Below are positions 9,342 to 18,946 of a stretch of 64,000 nucleotides of DNA, piece by piece; the first letter of the stretch is position 1, and every line of letters starts with the position of its first letter. Location of the stretch: assembly GCA_028281825.1 (NCBI GenBank), contig JANQJC010000009.1, positions 8,138 to 72,137 of the forward strand. The letters are read 5' to 3'. The position numbers and the translations under genes are program-made. The stretch is from Flavobacteriales bacterium. Its GTDB lineage: Bacteria > Bacteroidota > Bacteroidia > JANQJC01. The notes under the pieces are model-generated. The model was not told where the DNA came from. It saw only the letters and a list, made by a program, of their open reading frames with translations, and ran no database searches.

Positions 9342-10511
9342 ATGGAGATAATTGAAGTAAATGATAAGGCCACAGAAAAGGAATTCAACCAAATGCAGGT
9401 GGAAATTTATAAAGACCATCCGAATTGGATTCGCCCCATAGACCAAGAGATAAATGACATTTTTGACCTTTCAAAAAACAAGCTCTATAGTGAAGGTGGT
9501 GAGGCTATTCGCTGGCTACTGCGTAGTGGTGGCAAGACAATAGGAAGAATTGCGGCTTTCATCAATCCTAGGACAGTAGACACGGATGAATACAAGGTGG
9601 GTGGTATCGCTTTTTTTGAGTGTATAGATAATCAGGATGCCGCCAATCTATTATTTGATACAGCTAAGGAATGGCTGGTGAAAAGAAAGATAAAAGCTAT
9701 GGATGGCCCCATCAATTATGGCGAAAGAGACAAGTTCTGGGGGCTGTTAATTGATGGGTTTACCGAACCTAACTATGGAATGTTTTACCATCCGCCATAC
9801 TACAAAAAGCTATTTGAGAATTATGGTTTTCAGCTTTATTTTGAGCAATATACTTATGGGAGGCCGATAGACAAGAGTATTGATTTTGAGCCTCGCTTTT
9901 ACGAAAAAGCACAGGAAACACTTAATGACCCTGACTTCACTTATCGATACTTAGAGAAGAGTGAGTATAAAGATGCATCCAAATACTTCCTAGAAGTGTA
10001 TATCAAAGCATGGGGTGGGCATAAGGGTGTAAAACCTCTTACTATTGAACAAGCTGAAAAAATATTCAAAAAGCTGGCTCCCATTGCGGATAACCAGTTA
10101 CTGTATTTCGGTTTTTATAAAGGTGAACCCATTTCTTTTTTCATCTCTATCCCGGAAATCAATCAACTCTTTAAATATGTGAATGGCAAAATGGATTTGA
10201 TAGGTAAATTGAAATTCGTGTATCATAAATGGAGAGGGCATTGTCGCAAGTGTTTAGGCTTGGTGTTTGGGGTAGCTCCCGAGTTTCAAGGTAGGGGGGT
10301 AGAGAGTGCAATGGTGGTTAGCTTCTCTAAAATAGCCTGGGGAGTAGGTATGCCATATGATACCATTGAAATGAACTGGATAGGTGACTTTAATCCTAAA
10401 ATGATGAAAGTGGCTGAACAATTGGGCGCTACCATCTGGAAAACTCACGCTACTTACCGTAAGATGTTTGACCCCGATATTCCTTTTAAGAGATATCCTA
10501 TTATTGAGTGA
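9342..10511 (+). CDS. GNAT-fold N-acyltransferase, YghO/bacterial ceramide synthase-like family
   Basis: GRIAAF, FFECID, GPINYGERD, PPYY..LFE.YGF, GVAPEFQGRG acyl-CoA binding motif. Confidence 0.7.
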   Translation: MEIIEVNDKATEKEFNQMQVEIYKDHPNWIRPIDQEINDIFDLSKNKLYSEGGEAIRWLLRSGGKTIGRIAAFINPRTVDTDEYKVGGIAFFECIDNQDAANLLFDTAKEWLVKRKIKAMDGPINYGERDKFWGLLIDGFTEPNYGMFYHPPYYKKLFENYGFQLYFEQYTYGRPIDKSIDFEPRFYEKAQETLNDPDFTYRYLEKSEYKDASKYFLEVYIKAWGGHKGVKPLTIEQAEKIFKKLAPIADNQLLYFGFYKGEPISFFISIPEINQLFKYVNGKMDLIGKLKFVYHKWRGHCRKCLGLVFGVAPEFQGRGVESAMVVSFSKIAWGVGMPYDTIEMNWIGDFNPKMMKVAEQLGATIWKTHATYRKMFDPDIPFKRYPIIE

Positions 10512-10515
10512 CGGG

Positions 10516-13500
10516 TTATTTAATCACCATCACGGTTCCTGTGATGCGCACATCACCATTCTCATAAACTTTACCGGGCCACACGGTGCCATCATCAAAG
10601 GTGGCTAGTATTTGCCACACATAGGCACCCTGAGGTACAACTTCACCTTTATAGGTACCATCCCATCCTTCTACAGGGCTGGTATTCTCTAGTTTACTGC
10701 TTTCAAATATCAGGTTACCCCACTTGTCGTAAATCTCCAAAGTGTACTCTTTAAGTCCTGTTCCTGCGGGTAAGAAAATATTGATACCTGGATTGCCCGA
10801 GTTCGGGATAACGGCATTTGGCACATACAGCCCTCCATAAAAATCAACGGTGATAAATTCAGCAAGAGTATCGGTACATCCTAGTGAGTCTATTACAATC
10901 AATACAACAAACTTCTCACCATGAAACATATATTGGTGGGTGGGGAACTGTTCTGTTGAAGTTGTTCCGTCGCCAAAATCCCACTCCCAGCTTATTACGG
11001 GGGTAGACTGGTCAATAAAATTCACGGTGCCATCTATCTCTGGGTTAGCCACTGTAACGTAGTCATAATCAGCAGTAGGGTTAGGCCATACCTCAATGAT
11101 ATTTTGATAATTGATTGTATCAGTACAACCACCGGCACCAGTTATTATAAGTGTTACCCCATAATTTCCTGCTTCTTCAAAAATATGAGATGGACTGCTT
11201 GCTGTGCTGCTTGTACCATCGCTAAACTGCCAGTCATATATCTGCGCATTTTGCGATAGGTCATTAAAATTGACTGCCAAGGGCTCACAACCTTCTTCCA
11301 CGTCAAAATTGAAATCTGCACTTGGTATTGGATAAACTGAGTAAACAAAACTGGTATCGTCAGTACAACCGTATTGGTTTTCGGTATGTAAACTCACCGT
11401 ATAGTTACCTACGGTATCATAGGTGGTTGTAACAACTGGTTGTATAGAGTTAGAAGTGTCTCCTTGCCCAAACTCCCAGTGATAGTATAAGCCACCAGTT
11501 GAAACATTGGTAAATGAAACATTGACAGGGTAAGTACACGACATTTGACTGTTTACTTCAATCGAGCTGATTGGAAGGGGATAAACGGTAGCTTGTTGCG
11601 TAAGGGTAGTCTCACAACCTTGGTCTGAAGTGGCCGTGAGGCTTACACTATAATTTCCTGAGCCATTATAGTTATGCGAGGGATTTTGACTGGTAGAACT
11701 AATAGAATCTCCAAACTGCCATAACCATTCATCAATTGTTCCACTGTTGATGGTACTTGAATCGCTAAAGTTTATTGGCAACCCAAAGCATACATTGGTG
11801 AACCCAAAATCTATGTTTGGAACTGGATGAATTACATGTGTTCTGGTGATTGAATCTGAACAGGCTGTGCTGCTACCCACTATTAGTGTAACGCTATATG
11901 AAGTGTCTGAATTATAAATGTGGGTAGGGCTTTGCTGATTGGATATAGTTCCATCACCAAAAAGCCAGGTCCAGGAGTCGATAGTTCCTGAAGGCACCGA
12001 AGACTGATCCATAAACTCACTGATATCACCTAAACAAATATCATCTACTGAGAAATCTGCCGTTGGTGCTGCATACACATCTACAGCGCGTGTAATAGAG
12101 TCAGTACACCCATTACTGCTGGTGACTTCGAGAAAGGCATCATAGGTGCCAGCAGCAACATAGATATGGTTTGGAGAAGTATCATTTGATGTATTTAAAT
12201 CACCGAAACTCCATGCCCATGAAATGATCGTATCTCCTTGTACGGTAGATAGGTCTGTAAACTCTGTTTCAAAGCCGAGGCAGACTTCCGTAAAGTTAAA
12301 ATCAGCCACAGGTGTGGGAACAATTGCCACAGTAATAGAATCTACATTTTGACATTGCCCTTCTTGCACGGTAACATAATAGATAGTAGTAGCAGATGGG
12401 GTTGCAACCGGGTTGCTGCTATTGGGGTCACTTAAGCCCTGTGTTGGCGACCACGAATAAACACTACCACCTGAAGCATTTAGCTGAACGGGAACTTCTC
12501 GGCATACTGTGGTGTCTAATCCAGCGTCCACTGCCAGAGGTCTCACAACAACTGAGTCTTGAGACTGAACTATAAAGCTACATCCATTAATATCTTCTAA
12601 TATTAACAAGGGGAAATATTCACCTGTATCGGTGTAAGTGTGTGTGGCAATTTGCCCACTACCCAAACTACCGTCACCAAAATCCCAGGTGAATGAGGTC
12701 GCATTGGGCGAAACAGCTTCATAAGTTACATCAAAGGGTGGGCAGCCTGTAGTGTCGGGCATGAAGGTAAAACTACCAACTGGGCCTGATAAGTTCACGA
12801 GGTCTTCCATCAATATCGTGTCTGAGCAACCAATAGAACTGAATACAATTAGCTCAACATCATATACACCTGGTTGGGTATAGATATGTTGAGGGTTTTG
12901 CTGGGTTGATGATGAACCATCACCAAAGTTCCAAACCCATTGATTAGCATTGGCGGTAGAGGCATCAGTAAAGCTCACTAACAGCGGTGGACATACAGCT
13001 GCAGTTGGTGCGGCTGTATAATCTGCTTCCGGGCTACCTACCGTAATCAAATCGGGATATACAATTGAGCTATCACAGCCATTGTCATTGCTTGCTGTCA
13101 ATCTGATGGTATAAGTTCCATCTATTGAATAAGTGTAAGTGGGATTAACTTCATCGGTGGTTGTGCCATCTCCAAAATCCCATACATATGACGTCGCACC
13201 AGTTGTGAAATTGGTGAACGTGATTGGGATACCCCTGCACACATTGGTAGACGAGGGATTGAAATTTGGGTCGGGGTAAGGGTCATAAAATATAAAGTCG
13301 GGTTTAGTCTCAGTATAAGTACATCCCTCATTATCGTCTATGGTAAGTGATACCGTGTACAACCCACCTGTTTGATAGTAGTGAGTTGGGTTCTGCTGGT
13401 CGGATGTGTTACCATCCCCAAAATCCCAATACCATTGCAATACAGTTCCTGGGGGGCTAGATAAATCCCCAAAAACTGCTTCTAATGAATCACAGCCAGA

Positions 13501-15831
13501 GGAAGAAATCAATTCAAAATCTGGAGTAGAACCGCTAACATTTACAGCACCGCTAACTATCAATGTATCCCTGCAACCATATATGTCAGTAACGATAAGC
13601 CGCACGTTATACGAACCAGCACTGGTATAGGTGCGGATTGGATTTTGAAGCGCCGAAGTGCCTCCATCCCCAAAGTTCCATAACCATGATACTGCATCAG
13701 TCGATTGGTCAGTAAAACTCACGGTTAATGGCCCACATCCGCTATTGTTTACAGCCGAGAAATTCGCTTGAGGGTCAGTAATTTCAATATCAGCCTCAAA
13801 AGTATTAGAACAATTGTTGGTATCACTGGTTACTGTCAGCATTACGGTATACAATCCCGTAGCTGGGAAAGTATGAATAGGTGCACTTAGTGTACTGCTG
13901 GTACCATCCCCAAAATCCCAATTGTAAGAAAAAGCTCCAATTGACAGGTCAATGAAGTCAACGGTGTAGGGGGTAGTACAGCTTTGTAAATATTCAAATT
14001 CAGCTACTGGTGGCAATACGTATACATAATCCTCTATCTCAAAGGTATCTGGGCAGCCATTATTAAAGGCTGTTAGCGTAATATCAAAATATCCGGTGTC
14101 ATTCCATTCATGCTCTGGATTTTGCTCTGTAGAGAAAGTCATATTTCCGAACTCCCAATACCATTCGTTTGCATCGGTGGATAAATCCGTGAATTGAACA
14201 ATAGAACCCGCACATATTTGAAAAGGGCCTCCTGTAAAGTTGGCAGTGGGTGGGGTGCTCACAAAGATGTAGTTTGGCCTTATTACTGTATCTCTACATC
14301 CCAGGTCATCTTCAATTATTAAGGTCACAGTATACATACCTGTAGTGGTATAGGTATGCGTTGGGTTTTGCTGATTAGAGGTAGCTCCATCCCCGAAGTC
14401 CCAAAACCAGCTAGTGATAGTCTGCGCTGAGGTACTGCTATCAGCAAAATTCACTTCTAATGGAACGCAAAATCCAAATTTATCTGGCAGGAAATCGGCT
14501 TCGGTTTGGGTCACAATAATAAAATCAGTTTCCGTCTGTGTAACGCTACATCCTGATGAGTTAATAGCTGTGAGTCTAACCGTATAGATGCCAGGAGCAT
14601 TGTAATCATGAGAAGGGCCTATATCGTTTGAGGTTTGTCCATCTCCAAAATCCCAGATGTAAGTATCGCCCCCAGTAGTGGTATTGGTAAAGTTGGCAGT
14701 AAATGGTATGTGGCAACCTGAGTTGTTATCCACAGTAAAACTGGGCGACGGTACATCAGAAACGGTAATATAATCTGTTTTTGTCTCTGAACCTGTGCAA
14801 CTACCCACATAATCAGCTGTTAAGGTAACTGTGTATGTTCCTGGTACATTATAAATATGCCCAGGGTTTTGAGTATTGGCGGTTTCTCCATCCCCAAAAT
14901 CCCATTGCCATGAAACTGGGGTAGCCGTTGAATTATCAAAGAAGCTGACGTTTTGCCCTAAGCATGCATTCACTGTGCTTGATAAAAAGTTTACATCTAC
15001 AGAATCAACCACATTGATATAACTCGTTTGTACAAGCGAATCTACACAACCTATTTGGTCCGTTACTGTGAGCGTCACGTCGTAAAGTCCTGCACTTGTG
15101 TAGGTATGGCTGGGGTTAGTTTGGGTTGAGTTTTGCCCATTCCCGAAGTTCCATGAATAGGTCAATGTGCCATTACCAGAGGAATTGTTAACGAAGTTGA
15201 CCTGTGTAGGTGGGTTACAGCCAAAGAGTGGGTTACCAGAGAAATCAGCAGTGGGAAAATTACTTGAGACGGTAATGTAATCGTTAAAAGTTACATCATC
15301 CTGGCAATTATTTGAATCAATTAGCAAAAGAGTTACGTCATAAGTTCCTGGGTTAAGGTAAGTGTGAGTAGGGTTTTGTTGGGTACTAATTTGTCCATCC
15401 CCAAAATCCCAAAACCATGATTCTATGCCTGCTGAACCAGGGACTGATAGGTCTGAAAAACTGACATCTAATGGAAAACAGCCTTGAGTTACCGAGCCAG
15501 AAAAATCAGGACTTGGTTGTTCAAAAACAGTAATATACCCTGTTTTTACTTCAGTATCAGATTGACTGCCGTTGGATACGGTAAGTGTAACTGTGTAAGT
15601 ACCAGGATTTACATAAGTAGCAGATGGGTTGCTGGCAGTAGATGAGTTACCGTTACCAAAACTCCATTGATAGGTAAGGGTTCCTGGTCCGCTTGATTGA
15701 TTATTGAACTGTACTATCAGGGGGCCACATCCTTCAGTAGGACTTGCCAAAAAGTCTGCAACTACCTGGGCATTTGCAGCAAACGAGATACCAAGAAAAA
15801 TATATAGAAGGCCTAATACCTTTTTTATCAT
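10516..15831 (-). CDS. Large PKD-repeat surface protein with gliding-motility-type (T9SS type B) C-terminal domain
   Basis: About 19 WxFG(D/N)G PKD repeats; signal peptide; C-terminal YVPNA...IYDKWG...WDGTYKG...GAYVW. Start set to ATG 15831 because TAGATTTG lies at 15849-15856. Confidence 0.92.
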   Translation of the reverse strand: MIKKVLGLLYIFLGISFAANAQVVADFLASPTEGCGPLIVQFNNQSSGPGTLTYQWSFGNGNSSTASNPSATYVNPGTYTVTLTVSNGSQSDTEVKTGYITVFEQPSPDFSGSVTQGCFPLDVSFSDLSVPGSAGIESWFWDFGDGQISTQQNPTHTYLNPGTYDVTLLLIDSNNCQDDVTFNDYITVSSNFPTADFSGNPLFGCNPPTQVNFVNNSSGNGTLTYSWNFGNGQNSTQTNPSHTYTSAGLYDVTLTVTDQIGCVDSLVQTSYINVVDSVDVNFLSSTVNACLGQNVSFFDNSTATPVSWQWDFGDGETANTQNPGHIYNVPGTYTVTLTADYVGSCTGSETKTDYITVSDVPSPSFTVDNNSGCHIPFTANFTNTTTGGDTYIWDFGDGQTSNDIGPSHDYNAPGIYTVRLTAINSSGCSVTQTETDFIIVTQTEADFLPDKFGFCVPLEVNFADSSTSAQTITSWFWDFGDGATSNQQNPTHTYTTTGMYTVTLIIEDDLGCRDTVIRPNYIFVSTPPTANFTGGPFQICAGSIVQFTDLSTDANEWYWEFGNMTFSTEQNPEHEWNDTGYFDITLTAFNNGCPDTFEIEDYVYVLPPVAEFEYLQSCTTPYTVDFIDLSIGAFSYNWDFGDGTSSTLSAPIHTFPATGLYTVMLTVTSDTNNCSNTFEADIEITDPQANFSAVNNSGCGPLTVSFTDQSTDAVSWLWNFGDGGTSALQNPIRTYTSAGSYNVRLIVTDIYGCRDTLIVSGAVNVSGSTPDFELISSSGCDSLEAVFGDLSSPPGTVLQWYWDFGDGNTSDQQNPTHYYQTGGLYTVSLTIDDNEGCTYTETKPDFIFYDPYPDPNFNPSSTNVCRGIPITFTNFTTGATSYVWDFGDGTTTDEVNPTYTYSIDGTYTIRLTASNDNGCDSSIVYPDLITVGSPEADYTAAPTAAVCPPLLVSFTDASTANANQWVWNFGDGSSSTQQNPQHIYTQPGVYDVELIVFSSIGCSDTILMEDLVNLSGPVGSFTFMPDTTGCPPFDVTYEAVSPNATSFTWDFGDGSLGSGQIATHTYTDTGEYFPLLILEDINGCSFIVQSQDSVVVRPLAVDAGLDTTVCREVPVQLNASGGSVYSWSPTQGLSDPNSSNPVATPSATTIYYVTVQEGQCQNVDSITVAIVPTPVADFNFTEVCLGFETEFTDLSTVQGDTIISWAWSFGDLNTSNDTSPNHIYVAAGTYDAFLEVTSSNGCTDSITRAVDVYAAPTADFSVDDICLGDISEFMDQSSVPSGTIDSWTWLFGDGTISNQQSPTHIYNSDTSYSVTLIVGSSTACSDSITRTHVIHPVPNIDFGFTNVCFGLPINFSDSSTINSGTIDEWLWQFGDSISSTSQNPSHNYNGSGNYSVSLTATSDQGCETTLTQQATVYPLPISSIEVNSQMSCTYPVNVSFTNVSTGGLYYHWEFGQGDTSNSIQPVVTTTYDTVGNYTVSLHTENQYGCTDDTSFVYSVYPIPSADFNFDVEEGCEPLAVNFNDLSQNAQIYDWQFSDGTSSTASSPSHIFEEAGNYGVTLIITGAGGCTDTINYQNIIEVWPNPTADYDYVTVANPEIDGTVNFIDQSTPVISWEWDFGDGTTSTEQFPTHQYMFHGEKFVVLIVIDSLGCTDTLAEFITVDFYGGLYVPNAVIPNSGNPGINIFLPAGTGLKEYTLEIYDKWGNLIFESSKLENTSPVEGWDGTYKGEVVPQGAYVWQILATFDDGTVWPGKVYENGDVRITGTVMVIK

Positions 15832-15902
15832 GTTGTATGTAAACTCCACAAATCTAGTTATCGTTAGCTATACGCTTCTTTATCAATAATGTTTTGTTTT
15901 AA

Positions 15903-15918
15903 TTGAGAATATTCTCAA
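15903..15918. promoter_or_regulatory. Perfect 16-bp palindrome TTGAGAATATTCTCAA, candidate operator upstream of the PKD gene
   Basis: Palindrome seen directly, about 50 bp upstream of the -7 element of the PKD gene. Confidence 0.4.
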
Positions 15919-15992
15919 CCGAAGGGCAGGATAAGAAATAACACGAACTAAAGAGCTTTTAACGTTGGGCTTGTTTGCAATAAATCGACGAA

Positions 15993-16898
15993 CTACTTGG
16001 GTCCCAATAGTTTGAATCTAAGCTCTTGTAATAAGTATTCTGCTTTATCTGTAAATCCTTTAGTCTCTAATTCAAGCGCAAGCTTGGTAAATATACTTGG
16101 ATTCAACCCCCTCTTAAAAGTCCTTTTTAAAAAACCATCATCAGAATAGGGCAGCGCACCAGCCTTTAAATGAGGTTTAAGGAGTTTTACCAACTTGTTA
16201 AACTCATTTCTATTATGCCAATAGTAGTCCTTATCAAATTGCCCCATTACCTTCATGCCAATATGCACGGTAAGGTGTAGGTTATCAAAAAGTTTGAAGC
16301 TGCTGGCAAAGGCATAAAGGTTATGGGCAAAAGCAGCTTCAATAAAAGGAACTCCAACACAAATATTGCCTAATTCAAATTTGGGATATAGATTTCTATG
16401 AAATACAAAACAATCAAAACCTGGGTGCGACTTACCTATTTCAGCCCAAATAAGGGGTAGCTCATCTGGCTTACTGTATATTTTTGGGATTCGCCTACGA
16501 TTTATCATAAACGCATCATGGCCTTTATCAATAATTGAAGCTACTGCCGCATAAAAATTGGGTAAAACAGTGATGTCAACGTTGGTGTATATTAAATATT
16601 CAGCATCACTATTCTCATAAACTGTGCTGAGAATATCCTTGAGTAATGGCAATTTTCTCTCTTTTGAAAAAGAAGCAATATCTAAAACTGAATGCTTAAG
16701 GTTGGTTGTTTTGGTAAAGTACTCAGGTATAATGTCAAGGTCTTCTTCGTACTGGGTAGTGAAAAGCTCAACACTTGTATTTTTTGCTAACTCTTTAGCA
16801 ATCCTCATACTTTCGAAGGTGATGGGTTGTGCGACAAACAAGTCTGAAGACTCCTTAACCTTTACCGGGTTAACAATATGTGCTATTGAAACTGCCAC
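15993..16898 (-). CDS. Putative GT-A fold glycosyltransferase / conserved hypothetical protein
   Basis: YLIYTNVDI (DxD-like), HPGFDCFVF; located in glycan locus. Confidence 0.55.
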   Translation of the reverse strand: MAVSIAHIVNPVKVKESSDLFVAQPITFESMRIAKELAKNTSVELFTTQYEEDLDIIPEYFTKTTNLKHSVLDIASFSKERKLPLLKDILSTVYENSDAEYLIYTNVDITVLPNFYAAVASIIDKGHDAFMINRRRIPKIYSKPDELPLIWAEIGKSHPGFDCFVFHRNLYPKFELGNICVGVPFIEAAFAHNLYAFASSFKLFDNLHLTVHIGMKVMGQFDKDYYWHNRNEFNKLVKLLKPHLKAGALPYSDDGFLKRTFKRGLNPSIFTKLALELETKGFTDKAEYLLQELRFKLLGPK

Positions 16899-16907
16899 TT
16901 TACTAAT

Positions 16908-17843
16908 TTAGTCGAACCAATTGAGATAAGACCAAAGTATTTGCCATTTCGCATTTCGATACTTGACCCAAAAGCCCTCATTTTTAAGTATTTTCTTGGT
17001 GTCTATCTTGAAACCATATTTTTCTAAAACAGCTATATAGTCGTGCAACTGAGCTTTTAATATAGGGTCTTCATCACGCAAAATAGCCGCAATGGTGCAA
17101 TCCGCATAATGAACAAAAACCAATGGATATTTTCCCTCAATCAATATTTTTCCATCTACATTCTCCCGTTTGACCTCCTTTATGTTCCAATATGCTACGT
17201 TACAACCCATGTGTGAAACTACCTTGGTTTTGGGTTCAATTACAGGCATCATGTCCAAGTATTTTTGGTCATCAAACATACCCTGAATGTAGCTTTTGGT
17301 ACATTTATAGATACATGCGTTAGCCCACCAATCCAGGGCAGCTTCAGCACCTTTAGAGACTCCAATAAATCCCGCATTATAGATTCCATCTCTAAAATTG
17401 GTCTCAAACCACAAAGGTTCCTTACTTGGGTTCGACGGTCTCCAGTGAGGAGTTAGTAAGATATGGTTGGTGCTTAGGTCATTCCACAAAAAATCAAAAG
17501 AGTCACTGAAGTAGATGTCGTTATCCACATATATGGCCTTTTCATACCCTCCTTCATTCAAAAGGTAGTTTAGAAAAATAGGTTTAAATGTCCATCTTAG
17601 TTTATCGGGATGTTTTCTATACTTGGCAGTTGCTTCCTTAGCAAATATTGAATTCAACTCGTCCAATGCGCGATACTTTACATTTAGAAAAGAAGTATCT
17701 AAATTTGATAACTCGGTAGCATCACTATCTACAACTAAGACTTCAAGTTCTGAGTCTTTATCAAACTTTAAAATTGAATCAAAAAGTGCATATACTTTCG
17801 GTAAATAACTCTTGGTAGATATGGTACAAATGGCGCGCTTCAT
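16908..17843 (-). CDS. Glycosyltransferase (GT8-like nucleotide-diphospho-sugar transferase)
   Basis: CTISTKSYL, TFKP, YVDNDIYF (DxD), GIYNAGF, DDQKYLD. Confidence 0.75.
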   Translation of the reverse strand: MKRAICTISTKSYLPKVYALFDSILKFDKDSELEVLVVDSDATELSNLDTSFLNVKYRALDELNSIFAKEATAKYRKHPDKLRWTFKPIFLNYLLNEGGYEKAIYVDNDIYFSDSFDFLWNDLSTNHILLTPHWRPSNPSKEPLWFETNFRDGIYNAGFIGVSKGAEAALDWWANACIYKCTKSYIQGMFDDQKYLDMMPVIEPKTKVVSHMGCNVAYWNIKEVKRENVDGKILIEGKYPLVFVHYADCTIAAILRDEDPILKAQLHDYIAVLEKYGFKIDTKKILKNEGFWVKYRNAKWQILWSYLNWFD

Positions 17844-17890
17844 TGATATTAAAAGAAGGTGCTAAAATTAGGAAATTAAAAGTTGGTAAC

Positions 17891-18946
17891 TTATTGAGCC
17901 AATTCCTGCATTATCAATTCTCTACTAAAAAGATAATACTTATAATGGCCTAAATTGTTTAGATGTGCATCAGGATAATCATTAAACCAATTTTTTGTTG
18001 TTTGTGGTAATTCCAAATATGGCTTTAAGGTAGGTTCATCAAAAATTGCTGAATACTTGCTTCTATACTCTTCCACATCCATATCAGCCTCCTTTATCTC
18101 AGGTATTACAACGATTTTGAGTAGGGTATTATGGTTTTTACAAGTGGTCACAATTTGCTTTAAGTAGCCAATGGTTATTTCAGGTTTTTTAATTAATTGT
18201 TCATATTCGAGTTTTTCCTTTAACCTGAATTTTAAAGAATAAAGTCTGCTCAATAAGCTGCTTTTGGAAGTAATGGATTCAAGAATTCCAATAGGTTCTT
18301 TGAGGTAAAACTTTCTGGCTACTATATAATTATAAGCTTCTTGAGCAGTTTTAAAGTCATTGCCATCAATGTTGGTAAGAATGGCTCCTGCATTGGTGTA
18401 AAAATAAAATGGTTTATTTGGCTTAGGTTCCCTATCTCGTTTCATTAGGTCGTTTCCCATAAAGAAATAAACCAACACTTGTTTTGGTTGCAATTTGGGG
18501 ATATAAGTTTCTGCAAGCAATGAATATTGTGGTGGGTCGGCTGCAGGAATGCCTAGATTAATAACCTGGAATGTTGAATCATTCCCCAATCTGTCGGCAA
18601 AGCAACTATCAATAGGCTCTGCTGTCATCCCCCAAACAAAACTATCACCAATGAGCATCGTTCCACCCTTTACTGATGATGAATCAAGTTCAGAAGTTCT
18701 AAAACCGTCAGTATTAATGCGCTCTGGTTGATATCTATAATAATCCTGATTTGCTACTAAAATTCCCTTATCGTTCACGACAAAATCATTGTATATAATG
18801 AGACTATCAACAGGCTCAAAATTAATCCAGTTTGGACTTATATCTCCAGGTTGATATCCAATAAACCTAAGGGTTGCTTCAATGATACCCATTAAGACCA
18901 GTAGTATGGCCAATTGTATCAATAGTATTTTGAGAAGTTTCTTCAA
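17891..18946 (-). CDS. Membrane-anchored SGNH/GDSL protein (putative O-acyltransferase/esterase)
   Basis: N-terminal TM; GDSFVWG, NLGIPA, GND, DAHLN. Confidence 0.82.
   Translation of the reverse strand: MKKLLKILLIQLAILLVLMGIIEATLRFIGYQPGDISPNWINFEPVDSLIIYNDFVVNDKGILVANQDYYRYQPERINTDGFRTSELDSSSVKGGTMLIGDSFVWGMTAEPIDSCFADRLGNDSTFQVINLGIPAADPPQYSLLAETYIPKLQPKQVLVYFFMGNDLMKRDREPKPNKPFYFYTNAGAILTNIDGNDFKTAQEAYNYIVARKFYLKEPIGILESITSKSSLLSRLYSLKFRLKEKLEYEQLIKKPEITIGYLKQIVTTCKNHNTLLKIVVIPEIKEADMDVEEYRSKYSAIFDEPTLKPYLELPQTTKNWFNDYPDAHLNNLGHYKYYLFSRELIMQELAQ

Noticed and set aside
10516-15831. Recurring ccaaaatccca DNA motifs as CRISPR or DNA repeats
   Set aside because: They are codons for the WDFG motif of PKD repeats inside one ORF.
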